A stretch of 43,673 bases of DNA from Desulfosporosinus sp. UBA4726. GTDB lineage: Bacteria; Bacillota; Desulfitobacteriia; Desulfitobacteriales; Desulfitobacteriaceae. Both the position numbers and the translations under genes were made by a program. Below are positions 26,967 through 35,884 of this stretch, in pieces; position 1 is the stretch's first letter; every line of letters begins with the position of its first letter. Under the pieces are notes generated by a model, which saw nothing but the letters and a program-made list of their open reading frames with translations, did no database searches and had not been told where the DNA came from. The stretch covers positions 20,357 to 64,029 of the forward strand of contig DHJG01000014.1 in the NCBI GenBank assembly GCA_002404215.1. Direction: 5' to 3'.

Positions 26967-27254
26967 TTACTTAGGAAGCGTCATTGTGTCTTTAGTATGT
27001 CTTTTAAATCCTTTAAGGTCATGTGCAAAGCTCCCAGTATTAGTCATTTGATCATCAATCGTATCTTTATCAATCGTACTATGGGCACGGTCATTTAAAA
27101 CGTCGATCAGTCCCGCTTCTTGAAGTTCACTTGCAATCTCGAAGAGCGACTCTCGTTTTTGACGAGGTAAGCGATTGACAAATCGATTTATTTTGACAGG
27201 GGGGACAAGATTTCTGAATTTAACCCCTCCGTACTTCAGAATACGTTCCGGCAA
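26967..27254 (-). CDS. Hypothetical protein (95 aa), possibly forespore-expressed
   Basis: TTG start with strong AAGGAGGAG RBS; SigG-like promoter upstream. Confidence 0.75.
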   Translation of the reverse strand: MPERILKYGGVKFRNLVPPVKINRFVNRLPRQKRESLFEIASELQEAGLIDVLNDRAHSTIDKDTIDDQMTNTGSFAHDLKGFKRHTKDTMTLPK

Positions 27255-27290
27255 AAGTATCTCCTCCTTATTTAATAATCAATTTATTGT

Positions 27291-27320
27291 TATTATGTGC
27301 GTAATCTTGAAAACGAATGC
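27291..27320 (-). promoter_or_regulatory. SigG-like promoter
   Basis: Minus strand GCATT-N18-CATAATA versus consensus GHATR-N18-CATAHTA. Confidence 0.5.
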
Positions 27321-27556
27321 ATCCTTAAAGGATCGGAGCATTTGCAAGGGCTCTAAGAATGACATAATGTGGACATAGTAAAAGTGCTGTCTATTCTATC
27401 CATAATAGGAGAAAAAGACAACACTTTTACCATTGTATGGAAGAATAAATATCCTCATACATATGGGTGAAGTTGTAAGGGAGCACATGTATACCTTTGA
27501 CAAATCGATGCTCCAAGAATTACTATAAACTTATTAAATCCTTCTCTAGAACTTGT

Positions 27557-27751
27557 TTATTGTAGCGGAGAATCGTCAGTAATCTGAACTTTGTTCAGAG
27601 TATCCTTCACTTGTCCACGTATAAATGATAGATACTCTTGGCGCATTGCCTCTTGTTCATCGCGCTCCCATTCTTCAAGGCCAACGGATCGTTTTTTTCT
27701 CGATAACTCATTAATTCGCTCGATAATCACTTTAATGGGTGAAATGCTCAA
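27557..27751 (-). CDS. DUF896 (YnzC-like) family protein
   Basis: IERINELSRKK...GL...E..EQ..MRQEYL pattern; AAAGGAG RBS. Confidence 0.88.
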   Translation of the reverse strand: MSISPIKVIIERINELSRKKRSVGLEEWERDEQEAMRQEYLSFIRGQVKDTLNKVQITDDSPLQ

Positions 27752-27864
27752 AGTAAGATTCTCCTTTCATTTAACTTTGCCTATTGGTTGACATTTTCCA
27801 CATTATAACATATTACTACCTTATCTGCATTTCGAAGAACTCTTGATCGGAAGGAGGAATAATT

Positions 27865-28287
27865 ATGGGATTATCTTCAAAAACACGTTTGCGCGTTCGT
27901 TACTCAGAAACAGATCAAATGGGTATCGTTTATCATGCCAATTATCTTGTTTGGTTTGAAGTTGGGAGATCAGAACTTTTTCGAGAATTAAACCTCCCTT
28001 ATACGCAATTTGAGGAACAAGGTCTTGGTTTAGCAGTTGTCGAGGTCAGTTGCCGCTACCGCAAACCCTCACGGTACGACGATGAGATTATTATAGTTAG
28101 TAGTTTAGAGCACATGTCGTCACGAGGCGCAAGTTTTTCTTACCGTGTGTATCGTGAAGAAACCCTTTTAGCAGAAGGAAAAACAGATCACGTGTTTATT
28201 GACAAAGACGGTCATCTAGCAGATGTCCGACGGTACGCAATATGGCCACAATTACAACTAGTTCTCGAAAAACAGAAAATGAGTTAA
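27865..28287 (+). CDS. Acyl-CoA thioesterase (YbgC/4HBT hot-dog family)
   Basis: RVRYSETDQMGIVYHANYLVWFEVGR. Confidence 0.93.
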   Translation: MGLSSKTRLRVRYSETDQMGIVYHANYLVWFEVGRSELFRELNLPYTQFEEQGLGLAVVEVSCRYRKPSRYDDEIIIVSSLEHMSSRGASFSYRVYREETLLAEGKTDHVFIDKDGHLADVRRYAIWPQLQLVLEKQKMS

Positions 28288-28338
28288 CTTGTCTCGATAC
28301 GAAATAACTATTGAGCATATGTTATTTCAATATAGCTA

Positions 28339-28380
28339 TTGTATTTCCCTAAGCTCCATGGTATTATGTATACATAATAC
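28339..28380 (+). promoter_or_regulatory. SigA-type promoter overlapped by a perfect 20-bp palindrome
   Basis: TTGTAT-N17-TATTAT with TG extension; GTATTATGTATACATAATAC at 28361-28380. Confidence 0.65.
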
Positions 28381-28403
28381 AAATGAAGAAGGGAAGTGAT
28401 TTT

Positions 28404-28526
28404 ATGTTTCTAGTTACGTGGATCGAAGGAGAAGAAGTTAATTATCGGCTCGTAAAGAAGCAAGAACTTCCAGCAGTGATGGCTAACCTTGGACAGCATG
28501 CAATCATCCAAAAATTAGCATCATAA
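28404..28526 (+). CDS. Small hypothetical protein, 40 aa, not in ORF track
   Basis: MFLVTWIEGEEVNYRLVKKQELPAVMANLGQHAIIQKLAS; AAGGGAAGTGA RBS, own promoter and terminator. Confidence 0.7.
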   Translation: MFLVTWIEGEEVNYRLVKKQELPAVMANLGQHAIIQKLAS

Positions 28527-28576
28527 AGCATTGTGACTGCCAATAATCTATTGGTATTTAGGACTTATAAATATTG

Positions 28577-28612
28577 AAAAAATGTCTATCAAGGATGATA
28601 GGCATTTTTTTT
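28577..28612 (+). terminator. Terminator after the 40-aa gene
   Basis: AAAAAATGTCTATC / GATAGGCATTTTTT followed by T-run. Confidence 0.8.
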
Positions 28613-28623
28613 ATTAACATTTT

Positions 28624-28650
28624 GCAGGATAATCCTAGTTTTTCTCGAAT
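28624..28650 (+). promoter_or_regulatory. SigH-like promoter upstream of dac-ytvI
   Basis: GCAGGATAA-N11-CTCGAAT. Confidence 0.5.
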
Positions 28651-28797
28651 ATAAACTGACCTGGATAGTGTCTTAAAAATTGACTGGATAGTCTTAAACG
28701 AGGTATAGTAAAGTCTGATTGTTATGAGTAATGCCTTCACCAGAAAATACTGACCTATCAGATTTAAAACACGACAGGAATATGAGGTGTACGTGGT

Positions 28798-30054
28798 TTG
28801 AAAGTAATCACTAGTTTTGTCCTTGCAATTTTTATGATGTTAAGCGTCACTCCAACAGTGTTAGCCGAAGACTCGTCTTCTTCAAAAGCACCGCAAGTGC
28901 GCGGTGAGGGTGCCTATTTAATAGATGTACAGTCCGGTCAAACCCTCTTTATGAAAAATCCAGATGAGCAACTCGCTCCCGCAAGCACAACCAAAATCAT
29001 GACGGGACTTTTAGCAATTGAGCGTGGAAATTTGGATGATATGGTCACAGCGAGTTCTACAATGCTTAATAATAAGGTTGTTTATGGCACACAAATTTAC
29101 CTTATGCCTAAGGAGACAGTTGTGCTAAGAGATCTTCTCTATGCAGTGTTTTTAAACTCTGCCAACGATGCTGCCGTCGCGGTTGCTGAACACCTCGGGA
29201 GCAACTTGCCTAATTTTGTCAATATGATGAATCAGCGTGCCCTTGAAATTGGAGCTAATAACACCCATTTTGTAAATCCAAGTGGATTAACAGAGGCTGG
29301 GCACGTCACAACAGCTCACGATCTGGCACTTATCGCACGAGTCGCTTATCAAAATCCTTTGTTCGCCCAGTATGTCCGTACCAAATCTCATACTATCTCT
29401 AGATCGAAACCGGATGTTCCCGCGCTGATGGTTAATGAAAATAAGCTGTTATGGAGAGACTCTACCGTTGATGGCATTAAGACTGGCTACACGGCGGCAG
29501 CTCAGAACTGTCTTGTTGCGTCAGTCACAAAGGACGGTCGCCAATTCATTGGCGTGATCCTTAAGTCCCCAGGACGCGAAATCTACACAGATATGCAAGC
29601 CATGTTTGATTATGGCTTTACCCAATTTAAAGATACTGTCTATAAACCTTCTGGTGCAGTCCTATCAACGATTACTGTAAATAATGAACCAGTAAATCTT
29701 ATTTTAGACCATCCAATTCATATGACACAGAAACTTAACGAACAGAGTCCAGTCTTAAATCTACACGTTGTACCTACCAACACAGCAGCTCTTACCTCAG
29801 TAGAAAAAGGACAGGTTGTTGCTAATGTCGAGGTTTTAGACGGAGATACTCTGTTAAACACTTTTCCCCTAAAATCTGCACGATCAATTCTTCCACAAAC
29901 ACCGAAAAAGATAATATCGTCATCTTATTTTTCCTGGATTAATGGTGTTATGATCATGTTTGTCGCTTTAGCACTCCTCATAAGTCGAAAAATATACACT
30001 GATTGCCGTTGGCGCAGACAGATGCGTTCTGCGCGAAGAAGGGAGTCCAATTAG
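28798..30054 (+). CDS. D-alanyl-D-alanine carboxypeptidase (peptidase S11)
   Basis: Signal peptide, PASTTK (SxxK), SAN, KTG, C-terminal TM anchor. Confidence 0.94.
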   Translation: MKVITSFVLAIFMMLSVTPTVLAEDSSSSKAPQVRGEGAYLIDVQSGQTLFMKNPDEQLAPASTTKIMTGLLAIERGNLDDMVTASSTMLNNKVVYGTQIYLMPKETVVLRDLLYAVFLNSANDAAVAVAEHLGSNLPNFVNMMNQRALEIGANNTHFVNPSGLTEAGHVTTAHDLALIARVAYQNPLFAQYVRTKSHTISRSKPDVPALMVNENKLLWRDSTVDGIKTGYTAAAQNCLVASVTKDGRQFIGVILKSPGREIYTDMQAMFDYGFTQFKDTVYKPSGAVLSTITVNNEPVNLILDHPIHMTQKLNEQSPVLNLHVVPTNTAALTSVEKGQVVANVEVLDGDTLLNTFPLKSARSILPQTPKKIISSSYFSWINGVMIMFVALALLISRKIYTDCRWRRQMRSARRRESN

Positions 30055-31104
30055 ATGAACCACGTGACCCAGACATTTTTGCAGCGTAGTCTTAAGTTCA
30101 TTGCCTTCTGGGTTACAGTAGGCGGTCTAATCTTCCTTGTCGGGCACTTTATCTATTTGTTCTTGCCCTTTATTCTTGCCTTTATTATGACGGTGACTAT
30201 CAGTCCCCTTAGGAATTTTCTGGTAAGCAAGCTTCGTCTCCCCCAAGGGGTCGCAGTTTTGAGTGCCATGATCATTGAAATCGGTGGATTAGGCGTTATC
30301 ATTACCTTACTTGTTATACGCCTGATTCGAGAGATTCAGGACATTTATCTTCACTGGCCTCATTACAATGCAATGTTACAACGTTTTCTATCTCATTGGC
30401 TACCAAAGGTAGAAATTTATTATTACAAGCTACCTGGAAGTAACATTGATAATATCAACAATACAGCGAATGAATTAATTAACACTATTCCTGCTAAACT
30501 AGCCTATATATTATCATTTGTTACCAAAATTCCAGAAATTATTATCGTCATTGTCATTGCTCTAGTTGCGACTTTTTTTATGGCCAACGGTTCCAAGCTT
30601 TATCTCAATAAAATTTCGCATATTTTCCCCCTAGAATGGCGCGAACATCTCAGCGAATTAGGCCAGGATTTTTCCCGTGCCTTTGCAGGGTTTATCCGGG
30701 CAGAATTTATTGTCTTCCTGATTACCTTGTTTCTTTCCATTGTTGGATTAATGGTTATCCATACAAAATATGCAATCGTCCTAGGAACCATAACAGGAAT
30801 CTTTGGCATATTACCTGTTTTAGGGGTGGGTATCATCCTTTTTCCTTGGGCTATCTTAGCCTTCGTTACCGGGCATAGCCTGTTGGCTATTGAGCTCTTA
30901 CTACTGACGACTGTCATTACTATTTTGAGACACATCATTGAACCTAAAATTCTTGGTGACAATGTGGGACTCGATCCGCTCTTTGTTCTGATGAGTATGT
31001 ATATTGGCTTGGCTTCTACTGGAGTGATAGGTTTGATCTTAGGTCCTTTTGTACTCATTGCTTATCAAGCTTTACAAAAGGCAGGGGTTTTCCGCAATCT
31101 CTAA
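30055..31104 (+). CDS. ytvI: Sporulation integral membrane protein YtvI (AI-2E family)
   Basis: Multi-TM; LPVLGVGIILFPW, RHIIEPKILGDNVGLDP, GLILGP. Confidence 0.88.
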   Translation: MNHVTQTFLQRSLKFIAFWVTVGGLIFLVGHFIYLFLPFILAFIMTVTISPLRNFLVSKLRLPQGVAVLSAMIIEIGGLGVIITLLVIRLIREIQDIYLHWPHYNAMLQRFLSHWLPKVEIYYYKLPGSNIDNINNTANELINTIPAKLAYILSFVTKIPEIIIVIVIALVATFFMANGSKLYLNKISHIFPLEWREHLSELGQDFSRAFAGFIRAEFIVFLITLFLSIVGLMVIHTKYAIVLGTITGIFGILPVLGVGIILFPWAILAFVTGHSLLAIELLLLTTVITILRHIIEPKILGDNVGLDPLFVLMSMYIGLASTGVIGLILGPFVLIAYQALQKAGVFRNL

Positions 31105-31151
31105 TAATTAATTTCAGTTGATCGCCATTAAACTTTACTGTCAGTGTTTAT

Positions 31152-31257
31152 AGAAAACTTGGCTGGTGCCAAGCCGCAGGCGACGGCGGCTGCCTAGTTG
31201 CACTTATACCACCCAAATTACGCTACTAAAAACTTATACTTCCTGTATAGGTACAAA
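31152..31257 (-). repeat. Structured interspersed repeat, short copy (inverted relative to 8622-8831)
   Basis: Reverse complement reads TTTGTACCTATACAGGAAGTATAAGTTT...GGGTGGTATAAGTGCAAC...CGCCTGCGGCTTGGCACCAGCCAAGTTTTCT. Confidence 0.8.
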
Positions 31258-31259
31258 CG

Positions 31260-31295
31260 AAAGTCGGTCAGAAAAATAAATTCTGGCCGACTTTT
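31260..31295. terminator. Terminator downstream of ytvI
   Basis: AAAGTCGGTCAGAA / TTCTGGCCGACTTT followed by T. Confidence 0.75.
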
Positions 31296-31370
31296 GCTTA
31301 GCTTTTTAGCGTTGTTTATCCTATAATGAGTCATAAAGAATTCAGGAAACGATTTAGGAGTTGACTTTTC

Positions 31371-32705
31371 TTGCAAAATAATAAAATTGTCGTCACATTA
31401 ACATACGGCTGCCAGATGTCTGAACGTGATGCCGAAACCTTGACAGAATTCGCAAGACAAGAGGGCTATACGAGTTCAAATGACCTCGCAAGTGCAAACT
31501 TAGTGATTATTAATACCTGTTGTGTCAGAGAAAGTGCAGAAAATAAAATACTTGGTAAAATTGGAGAACTCAAGAAACTCAAAGAGGATAATCCAAATTT
31601 GAAGATTGCTATCTGTGGATGCATGGTTCAGCAGCCGGGCGCCTTGGAACGCTTGCGCAAGCGAGCTCCCCACGTGGATATTTGGACCGGAACACATAAT
31701 CTGCCTAATTTTCCCACTCTATTGCATCGAGCAGAACAGGGTGGAAAAGCTGCAGAAGTTTGGCCAGAACCTAAAATAGCCATAGAAGCTACCCCTTTGA
31801 ATGATAAAGGCAAACTGCAGGCTAACGTCAATATCATGTCTGGTTGTAATAATTTTTGCTCATATTGCATTGTCCCACATGTTCGGGGCAGGGAACGGAG
31901 CCGTAGACCGGAAGGGATTATTCAAGAAATCAAAGAACTTGTAGCCAGTGGTTGTCGTGAAGTCACCTTGCTGGGTCAGAATGTGAACTCCTATGGTAAA
32001 GAGTTTTCACCTGCTTATGACTTTGCGGATTTACTGCATAATGTGGAACAAATTCCACATCTTTTACGTGTGCGGTTTATAACTTCGCATCCCAAGGATT
32101 TATCTGATAAACTAATCGAAACCATCGCTCACGGAGAGAAACTTTGCGAACACTTCCATCTCCCCATTCAATCAGGCAGTAATTTAATTTTAGAACGTAT
32201 GAATAGGAAATACACCAGGGAATACTATATAAGCCGAGTGGAAAAAATTCGCGAACTTCTACCACAGGCCAGCCTAACAACGGATATTATTGTTGGCTTT
32301 CCTGGCGAATCGGACGAAGATTTCGAACAAACTCTCGCTATGATGAGTTTAATCCATTATAGTCAAGCCTTCACCTTTATGTTCTCTAAACGATCAGGTA
32401 CGCTCGCCGCCAATATGGAGGACCAGATCCCTCTAGATGTTAAGAAGCGTCGTTTACAGAGATTGATGAGTGTGCAAAACCGAGAAAGTCTGGAATGGAG
32501 GCAACACATGGTTGGGAAAACGTATGAGATTCTTGTTGAGGGTCCCAGTAAGACAAATCCGGAACGTTTAACTGGACGAACCCGTGGATACGAACTCGTC
32601 GTTTTTAGTGGTTCTCCTGAAATCACTGGATCTTTGGTTAATGTCCGGATTAGTGAAGCAGGCTCCTGGACACTAGTTGGAGAAATTGAAGGACTCGAAA
32701 AGTAG
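31371..32705 (+). CDS. miaB: tRNA-2-methylthio-N6-dimethylallyladenosine synthase
   Basis: YGCQMS, NTCCVRE, CGCM (UPF0004); CNNFCSYC radical SAM; SHPKD; C-terminal TRAM. Confidence 0.96.
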   Translation: MQNNKIVVTLTYGCQMSERDAETLTEFARQEGYTSSNDLASANLVIINTCCVRESAENKILGKIGELKKLKEDNPNLKIAICGCMVQQPGALERLRKRAPHVDIWTGTHNLPNFPTLLHRAEQGGKAAEVWPEPKIAIEATPLNDKGKLQANVNIMSGCNNFCSYCIVPHVRGRERSRRPEGIIQEIKELVASGCREVTLLGQNVNSYGKEFSPAYDFADLLHNVEQIPHLLRVRFITSHPKDLSDKLIETIAHGEKLCEHFHLPIQSGSNLILERMNRKYTREYYISRVEKIRELLPQASLTTDIIVGFPGESDEDFEQTLAMMSLIHYSQAFTFMFSKRSGTLAANMEDQIPLDVKKRRLQRLMSVQNRESLEWRQHMVGKTYEILVEGPSKTNPERLTGRTRGYELVVFSGSPEITGSLVNVRISEAGSWTLVGEIEGLEK

Positions 32706-32729
32706 AATTTGTATAACTTTGAATTTGAT

Positions 32730-32757
32730 GCAGGAATCTAGCTACCCTATGTCGAAT
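32730..32757 (+). promoter_or_regulatory. SigH-like promoter with overlapping Spo0A box
   Basis: GCAGGAATC-N12-GTCGAAT; TGTCGAA at 32750-32756. Confidence 0.55.
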
Positions 32758-32780
32758 GTAGTATACGGAGGTGTGTAAAA

Positions 32781-33218
32781 ATGTCAAACGAAATTTTAGA
32801 AAATGCCCGACTCTTGGCTGATGCCATTGCCCGAAGTCCCGAGCTTGCTGAATTACACAGCACGGAAGATGCAATGTCTGCTGACCTTTCAGCTCAAAAA
32901 TTGATCGCAGAATTACAGAAAGCTCAAGAACAGTTTATGGAAACTCAACAAAGTGATGCTGAGCCTTCTGAAGCCCATAAAAATCTGGTCGATGAAATCG
33001 AAACCAAAGTAGAGGCCAATCCCGCTATTTCAGCTTACATGAATGCACAAGATAAATTCACGGAAATGTTGGATAGCGTTAATTCCATTCTAGCAGGAGC
33101 CATTGCTGGTTCGTCAAACGGTGGTTGTGGTTGTGAGGACGACAGTTGTAATAGTGGCGAATGTGGCAGTGGCTGTGGTACTGGGAGTAGTTCCGGCTGT
33201 GGTTGCGGCGGACGCTAA
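32781..33218 (+). CDS. YlbF/YmcA (RicA/RicF-like) family regulator with Cys/Gly-rich tail
   Basis: ILENARLLADAIARSPE...NPAISAYMNAQ helical pattern; position after miaB as for B. subtilis ymcA. Confidence 0.88.
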   Translation: MSNEILENARLLADAIARSPELAELHSTEDAMSADLSAQKLIAELQKAQEQFMETQQSDAEPSEAHKNLVDEIETKVEANPAISAYMNAQDKFTEMLDSVNSILAGAIAGSSNGGCGCEDDSCNSGECGSGCGTGSSSGCGCGGR

Positions 33219-33248
33219 GCTCAACGATGTACAAGAATCGATAAAGAG

Positions 33249-33283
33249 AAGGGAAGGGCTAGATACAATAGCTCTTCCCTTTT
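33249..33283 (+). terminator. Terminator between the ricA-like gene and mutS
   Basis: AAGGGAAGGGCTA / TAGCTCTTCCCTT followed by TT. Confidence 0.7.
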
Positions 33284-33314
33284 AGGATTTAAAGAGTAGG
33301 GGAGAATACAAGGA

Positions 33315-35864
33315 ATGACTACCCCGATGATGCAACAATATCGAGGAATTAAAGCAAAAGCACCCGATGCTATTCTTTTTTATCGGTTAGGCGATTTTTA
33401 TGAAATGTTTGGGGAGGATGCAGAAATTGCCTCACCCATTTTACAAATTGCCTTAACCGGACGAGATGCAGGGGGAGGGAAACGGATTGCCATGTGTGGC
33501 GTCCCTTATCATGCATTAGATAATTATTTGTCAAAGCTCGTCAACGCAGGCCATAAAGTTGCCATTTGTGAACAAGTTGAAGATGCCAAAAATGCTAAAG
33601 GGATTGTCAAGCGTGACATTATTCGTCTTGTTTCTCCAGGTACACTAACTGAATCTGTCTCTGAACGAAGCAATCATTATTTAGCCAGTGTGTATCAGGA
33701 TAAACAATGGGGACTTGCCTTTCTTGACTTATCCACTGGTGAATTTACGATTTTTCAAACCCCAGAACTAGATGTTCTCCTCACTGAACTGTCGCGAATT
33801 AACCCCGCCGAAATCCTACTGCCCCCCGAACTTATGAAAAAGTCCAAGACTTGGGTGGGTTATTATTGTAGTGTGCGCGAACGAAAGACATTTTCCGATC
33901 AGGGCTTGAGAAAGCGATTCGGACAACTGACGTTACTTCAGGAATTCCCTGTAGCAGCTCAATCCGCCGCTGCTTTATGGACCTACCTACTAGAAACAAT
34001 GCCGGGCGTTGATCCTACGCATATCATTGAGATAAAAACTTATCGTTCCGAGGACTGGATGTTTCTCGACCAATGGACACGTCGTAATCTTGAACTCACA
34101 GAATCCCTCCGAGGCGTTGGGAAAAAAGGAACACTACTTTCCGTTCTTGACTTAACTCAAACTGCTTTTGGTGGAAGGCTATTAAAACATTGGATCGATA
34201 AGCCCTTGCTTTTACAAGACGAAATAGACAGGCGTCTCAACGCTGTTGAAGAACTGACAATAGACTCATTTCTCCGCAAAGATTTATTTAAGCTTCTAGC
34301 TGAGGTCTATGACCTGGAGCGCCTAATGGGGAAAGTTTCTTATGGGACTGCCAATGCGAAAGACTTATTATCATTGGCGCAAACCTTAGCACTTCTTCCC
34401 AAAATTCAGACACTCCTAACGTCGAGCGTAGCTGAAACTCTTAAAATCAATGTTCCTCATCTCAATGGACTCGATTCATTGGTCATTAAACTCCAAAGTG
34501 CTCTTAATTCCAATCCCCCTTTATCCCTACGAGACGGAAACATTATTAAAACCGGTTATTCCAAAGAAATAGACGAATTGCGTCTCATTTCGACAGGCGG
34601 TAAAGAATGGGTTGCTCAATTAGAAAATTCTGAACGCGAACGAACTGGAATTCGTTCCTTAAAAATAGGATATAACAAAGTATTTGGTTATTATATAGAA
34701 ATTACCCATGCCAATTCCACACTGGTGCCTACAGACTACCAACGTAAGCAGACCCTGTCCAATGCTGAGCGCTTCATTACGCCCGAACTAAAAGAGTATG
34801 AACAAAAAATCATGGGGGCTGAGGAAAAGCTTAAAGACTTAGAGTACGAATTGCTTTTAACCCTTCGTGATGACGTCCGAGGATATACCAAAGCCATACT
34901 GCACATAGCTCAGGTATTGGCAGAAATTGATGTCTTCGTCAGTTTGGCAGAAGTGGCTGTTCGTAACCACTATGTTCGTCCGCAGATCAAAGAGAACGGT
35001 GAAACCCTCATCATAGAGGGTAGGCACCCTGTTGTTGAACAAATGCTGGAAGCTGGCGTGTTCGTGACCAATGATACGCACATGTCGTCAAATCATCATT
35101 TAGCCATCATCACTGGACCAAATATGGCAGGAAAATCAACTTACATGCGCCAAGTGGCCTTAATTGTCCTCATGGCACATATCGGGTCCTTTGTTCCGGC
35201 CAAGAGTGCCATTATTACTCTGGTTGACCGAATCTTTACACGGGTCGGCGCATCGGATGATTTAGCCGCTGGACAAAGTACGTTTATGGTGGAGATGCAA
35301 GAAGTAGCCCATATCTTAAAATACGCTACTGGGAAAAGCCTGATCATTTTGGATGAAATCGGACGGGGGACAGCTACCTTTGACGGGCTTAGCATCGCTT
35401 GGGCCGTGACCGAGCACCTTGTTCAACATCCTGAGTTCAACCCTAAAACTCTCTTTGCTACTCATTATCATGAGTTGACGCAACTCCAAGATGATTTTCC
35501 TAAGATTTTTAACCTCCATGTGGCCGTGAAGGAACGGGGGGAAGACATCGTTTTTTTACACAAAATATTACCGGGTCGAGCAGACCGCAGTTATGGCATT
35601 CAGGTAGCGCGTCTTGCCGGTCTTCCAAAAGAACTTCTTCAACGCGCTAAAGCCCTGCTTCTGGACTTAGAAGCATCCGAGCTAGCGCCTACGATGAATG
35701 ATACACTCAATCCAGTTACTCAATTTTCACTCTTTGACATTCCACAAACCCATCCGCTTTTACAAGAAATTAACCAACTCCAGCTGGAAGACATGACCGC
35801 ACGTCAAGCCCTCCAATACCTCTTTGACCTGCGTGAGCGAATTCAATCATTAGATACCATTTAA
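33315..35864 (+). CDS. mutS: DNA mismatch repair protein MutS
   Basis: TPMMQQY, GDFYEMF, TGPNMAGKST, DEIGRGT, ATHYHEL, SYGIQVA; beta-clamp motif QFSLF. Confidence 0.98.
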   Translation: MTTPMMQQYRGIKAKAPDAILFYRLGDFYEMFGEDAEIASPILQIALTGRDAGGGKRIAMCGVPYHALDNYLSKLVNAGHKVAICEQVEDAKNAKGIVKRDIIRLVSPGTLTESVSERSNHYLASVYQDKQWGLAFLDLSTGEFTIFQTPELDVLLTELSRINPAEILLPPELMKKSKTWVGYYCSVRERKTFSDQGLRKRFGQLTLLQEFPVAAQSAAALWTYLLETMPGVDPTHIIEIKTYRSEDWMFLDQWTRRNLELTESLRGVGKKGTLLSVLDLTQTAFGGRLLKHWIDKPLLLQDEIDRRLNAVEELTIDSFLRKDLFKLLAEVYDLERLMGKVSYGTANAKDLLSLAQTLALLPKIQTLLTSSVAETLKINVPHLNGLDSLVIKLQSALNSNPPLSLRDGNIIKTGYSKEIDELRLISTGGKEWVAQLENSERERTGIRSLKIGYNKVFGYYIEITHANSTLVPTDYQRKQTLSNAERFITPELKEYEQKIMGAEEKLKDLEYELLLTLRDDVRGYTKAILHIAQVLAEIDVFVSLAEVAVRNHYVRPQIKENGETLIIEGRHPVVEQMLEAGVFVTNDTHMSSNHHLAIITGPNMAGKSTYMRQVALIVLMAHIGSFVPAKSAIITLVDRIFTRVGASDDLAAGQSTFMVEMQEVAHILKYATGKSLIILDEIGRGTATFDGLSIAWAVTEHLVQHPEFNPKTLFATHYHELTQLQDDFPKIFNLHVAVKERGEDIVFLHKILPGRADRSYGIQVARLAGLPKELLQRAKALLLDLEASELAPTMNDTLNPVTQFSLFDIPQTHPLLQEINQLQLEDMTARQALQYLFDLRERIQSLDTI

Positions 35865-35884
35865 TTTATGGAGGGGGAGTAAAT

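Noticed and set aside
27487-27528. 13-codon ORF MYTFDKSMLQELL after AAGGGAG
   Set aside because: RBS spacing is only 3 nt and there is no other support
28657-28698. Direct repeats as a mini-CRISPR
   Set aside because: Two imperfect copies separated by 3 nt; no spacers or cas genes
30052-30057. dac TAG stop immediately followed in frame by the ytvI ATG (possible pyrrolysine read-through fusion)
   Set aside because: ytvI has its own GGGAG RBS, both proteins are complete families and no pyl genes are in the window; ordinary translational coupling explains it
30600-31058. Long antisense ORFs (this one, 7954-8391, 36776-37126 and similar)
   Set aside because: Shadows of well-supported genes on the opposite strand; no RBS or recognisable motifs
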